The notes under the pieces are model-generated. The model was not told the origin of the DNA. It was given only the letters and a program-made list of their open reading frames with translations, and searched no databases. This document shows, in pieces, positions 18,152 through 20,000 of a DNA stretch of 20,000 bases. A program made the position numbers and the translations under genes. The stretch is from an uncultured virus (IMG/VR IMGVR_UViG_3300017917_004917). Taxonomy: Duplodnaviria > Heunggongvirae > Uroviricota > Caudoviricetes. Each line of letters starts with the position of its first letter. The stretch's first letter is position 1. Location of the stretch: IMG/VR virus record IMGVR_UViG_3300017917_004917, one strand, 5' to 3'.

Positions 18152-19295
18152 TTATAAATTTATTTTTAACATTTAAAATTCCATTATGATATTTATATAC
18201 AGCATTGAGTATATCTTCTCTGTTTATTTTTCTTAAATAATTGGTGGTTGGAAACTTTTCATTATCATCAATTATAGGAGATAATTCTCTTTTTAAATTT
18301 TCAAAATTTCGCCAATAACAGTTTGATTTGTTTTTTAAAGAAAAATTCATTTTAATTGCACAAGCTTCAAGTCCATTGTGATATTTATATATAGCTTTTA
18401 GTAAGCTCTTGTGGTTATTATCAATTAGAAATTTTTGAGTTGGAAAACTGCTTGAATTAGAGATAATTTTACTTAATTCTTTTTTGACTTCTTTCCAATT
18501 TCTGAATTTATTCAAAATATTTGTATTAGATTCTTTTATATTGAATCTTTTTAGAATATAGGAAATAGTTATTTTATGATTATCTAAAAAAGAGATATGT
18601 CTCTGAAAACCATTTTTACACCACCATTTTTTTGATGGGAATTTTTTAATACCAAGTTTATGAAAATAATTAATTAATTCATTTAAGATTTCTTCTTTTC
18701 CAAAATTTTCAAAATACAATAATTTAGAAAAGTCTCCTGAATAAAAATTATTAAATTTAATATAATTTATTTTAAATATGCTCTTTAAATCTCTGTATAT
18801 CTCTTCAATGTTTCTTGTAAAAAAATCATAATCTAAACTAATTAGCTTCAGATTTTTAGAATTATATAGTTTTTCTTTTTTTAATCGAGTTTCCGTATAT
18901 TTTTCACCTATTTTATATGCCTTAGATTTTCTATATCCCCAAATTTCTATGAAATAATCTTGGACTTTAAAGTCAAATAAATAATTATAACTATCCAATA
19001 TTTTCCCTTCGTATTCGTATTTTATGTTGTTTAAAAAAAGAAAGTTGTCTAAAATAACTTCATAAGAAGATTTAACTATATTTCCAGATATAGTTTTGAA
19101 GTTGTGATTAGTATTAAATCCAAGCTTTTTAGCAACTTCACTTAAACCTCCATGAAGTTTTATTGCATGATTAAGCCCTTTTATATTTAATACTTCACGA
19201 GTGGTTAACATCCTACCAAGCTCATTACATTTTGGCAGCAAAAACTCTCTTAGAGTTTCAAAATTATTCCAGTATCCATTAACTCTTTTTTTCAT
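18141..19295 (-). CDS. Putative PD-(D/E)XK homing endonuclease with about 4 helical repeats (384 aa; start revised to 19295)
   Basis: Nuclease core KSSYEVILDNFL...YEYEGK...FDFKVQDYFIEIWG. Repeats of the form YWxNFExLxxEL...FPTxxxL...AIxKYHxG: one N-terminal, three C-terminal (one divergent). Confidence 0.7.
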   Translation of the reverse strand: MKKRVNGYWNNFETLREFLLPKCNELGRMLTTREVLNIKGLNHAIKLHGGLSEVAKKLGFNTNHNFKTISGNIVKSSYEVILDNFLFLNNIKYEYEGKILDSYNYLFDFKVQDYFIEIWGYRKSKAYKIGEKYTETRLKKEKLYNSKNLKLISLDYDFFTRNIEEIYRDLKSIFKINYIKFNNFYSGDFSKLLYFENFGKEEILNELINYFHKLGIKKFPSKKWWCKNGFQRHISFLDNHKITISYILKRFNIKESNTNILNKFRNWKEVKKELSKIISNSSSFPTQKFLIDNNHKSLLKAIYKYHNGLEACAIKMNFSLKNKSNCYWRNFENLKRELSPIIDDNEKFPTTNYLRKINREDILNAVYKYHNGILNVKNKFINEI

Positions 19296-19437
19296 CACTT
19301 TTCTTTTGGTCATTAATCCAGTTAAAAATAAGTAATTCAACAAGGCGAGACTTATTTACTGCAGCCTTAGAAGCGAGTCTTTCAAATTCTTCAAGAACGA
19401 AATTGGATATATTATATGTAGCTCTTTTTTTATTCAT
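19279..19437 (-). CDS. Ribbon-helix-helix (CopG/Arc/MetJ-like) DNA-binding protein (52 aa), not in ORF track
   Basis: MNKKRATYNISNFVLEEFERLASKAAVNKSRLVELLIFNWINDQKKSDEKKS: alternating beta-ribbon, helix, NKS turn, helix. Its stop overlaps the endonuclease start by 17 nt. Confidence 0.8.
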   Translation of the reverse strand: MNKKRATYNISNFVLEEFERLASKAAVNKSRLVELLIFNWINDQKKSDEKKS

Positions 19438-19493
19438 TTTTATTCCCTTTTAAATAAATAGTAATAAAAAATAAAAACAAAATCAATAGTAAA

Positions 19494-20000
19494 CTAAATT
19501 TTTATCCAACCATCACAATAAAGGTCTTTTGTATCATGAGTTGCATAAGCAGACCCAAACCAAAGGCTTGGTGCCACAACAATCTTATCTTCATTATTAT
19601 TAAGCCAAGCTCCCCACCAAGAAAATGTAGAATTACAAATTACGTTGTTCTTGCAATGGCTCATTAGATAGAGGTCTTCGTAGTCTTTGTTTCCCTCTAT
19701 GAATTTAAACTTCTCTGGAAGGTCTGGAAAGTTTTGTTTGCACCACTCAATGTCATCAGAGAATATGAGAAAAACTGAGTCCTTAGGCATTTGCTTAATA
19801 GCCTTCATGTAGTAATTTATACTCTGCGTAGGATGGTGATTTGGAGACTTAAGATAATCGCCCCTTCTCACATGAATTGAGCAGGTATTATGATTTTCAA
19901 TTAAGTCCTTAGTTTTATCATCCAAATCTATATCATACGACATAAACAAATCCTTAATCTCATTCTCGTAGTCCTTAAAATATTTTTCAGATTGAAAATA
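19494..20000 (-). CDS. GT11 alpha-1,2-fucosyl/colitosyltransferase (5' part outside window)
   Basis: Frame is open to the window edge: YFQSEKYF..., SIHVRRGDY, IFSDDIEWC, NSTFSWWGAWL are all GT11 signatures. Confidence 0.92.
   Translation of the reverse strand, partial: YFQSEKYFKDYENEIKDLFMSYDIDLDDKTKDLIENHNTCSIHVRRGDYLKSPNHHPTQSINYYMKAIKQMPKDSVFLIFSDDIEWCKQNFPDLPEKFKFIEGNKDYEDLYLMSHCKNNVICNSTFSWWGAWLNNNEDKIVVAPSLWFGSAYATHDTKDLYCDGWIKI

Noticed and set aside
19437..19470. Second start-sequestering hairpin before the RHH gene (TTTTTATT / AATAAAAA)
   Set aside because: Only an 8-bp all-A/U stem in very AT-rich DNA; too weak to distinguish from chance.
1..20000. Stop-codon reassignment (code 15 or 4) as in some large phages
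   Set aside because: Genes are full length in the standard code; TAG (A1-like, GT11) and TGA (endonuclease, fcl/colC) occur at expected C-termini.
1..20000. CRISPR array, tRNA/rRNA genes, integrase or IS elements
   Set aside because: I saw no regularly spaced repeats, cloverleaf-like segments or transposase/integrase motifs; intergenic gaps are short and explained by terminators and promoters.

Overview
AT-rich segment of what looks like a large myovirus (jumbo-phage-like) genome, standard genetic code, with every gene but one on the minus strand. Left part (1-7101): virion/baseplate module with a T4 gp6-like wedge (partial), gp25-like protein, a DNRLRE/CBM96-like virion protein, a gp5/gpV-like spike and hypotheticals. 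Middle (7194-12836): gp55-like late sigma factor, GT-A and GT-B glycosyltransferase-like proteins, a degenerate HAD nucleotidase-like protein and a T5 A1-like metallophosphoesterase/nuclease. Right part (12924-20000): nucleotide-sugar operon with GT11 (partial), Fcl/ColC reductase, a His-type ColD-like 3-dehydratase and Gmd, which together read as a phage-encoded GDP-L-colitose pathway plus transferase. The operon carries three mobile endonuclease elements: a 329-aa LAGLIDADG intein in Gmd, a free-standing NUMOD3-LAGLIDADG gene whose start codon lies in a hairpin, and an RHH + repeat-bearing PD-(D/E)XK cassette. All family calls come from motif recognition by eye; no database searches were run.
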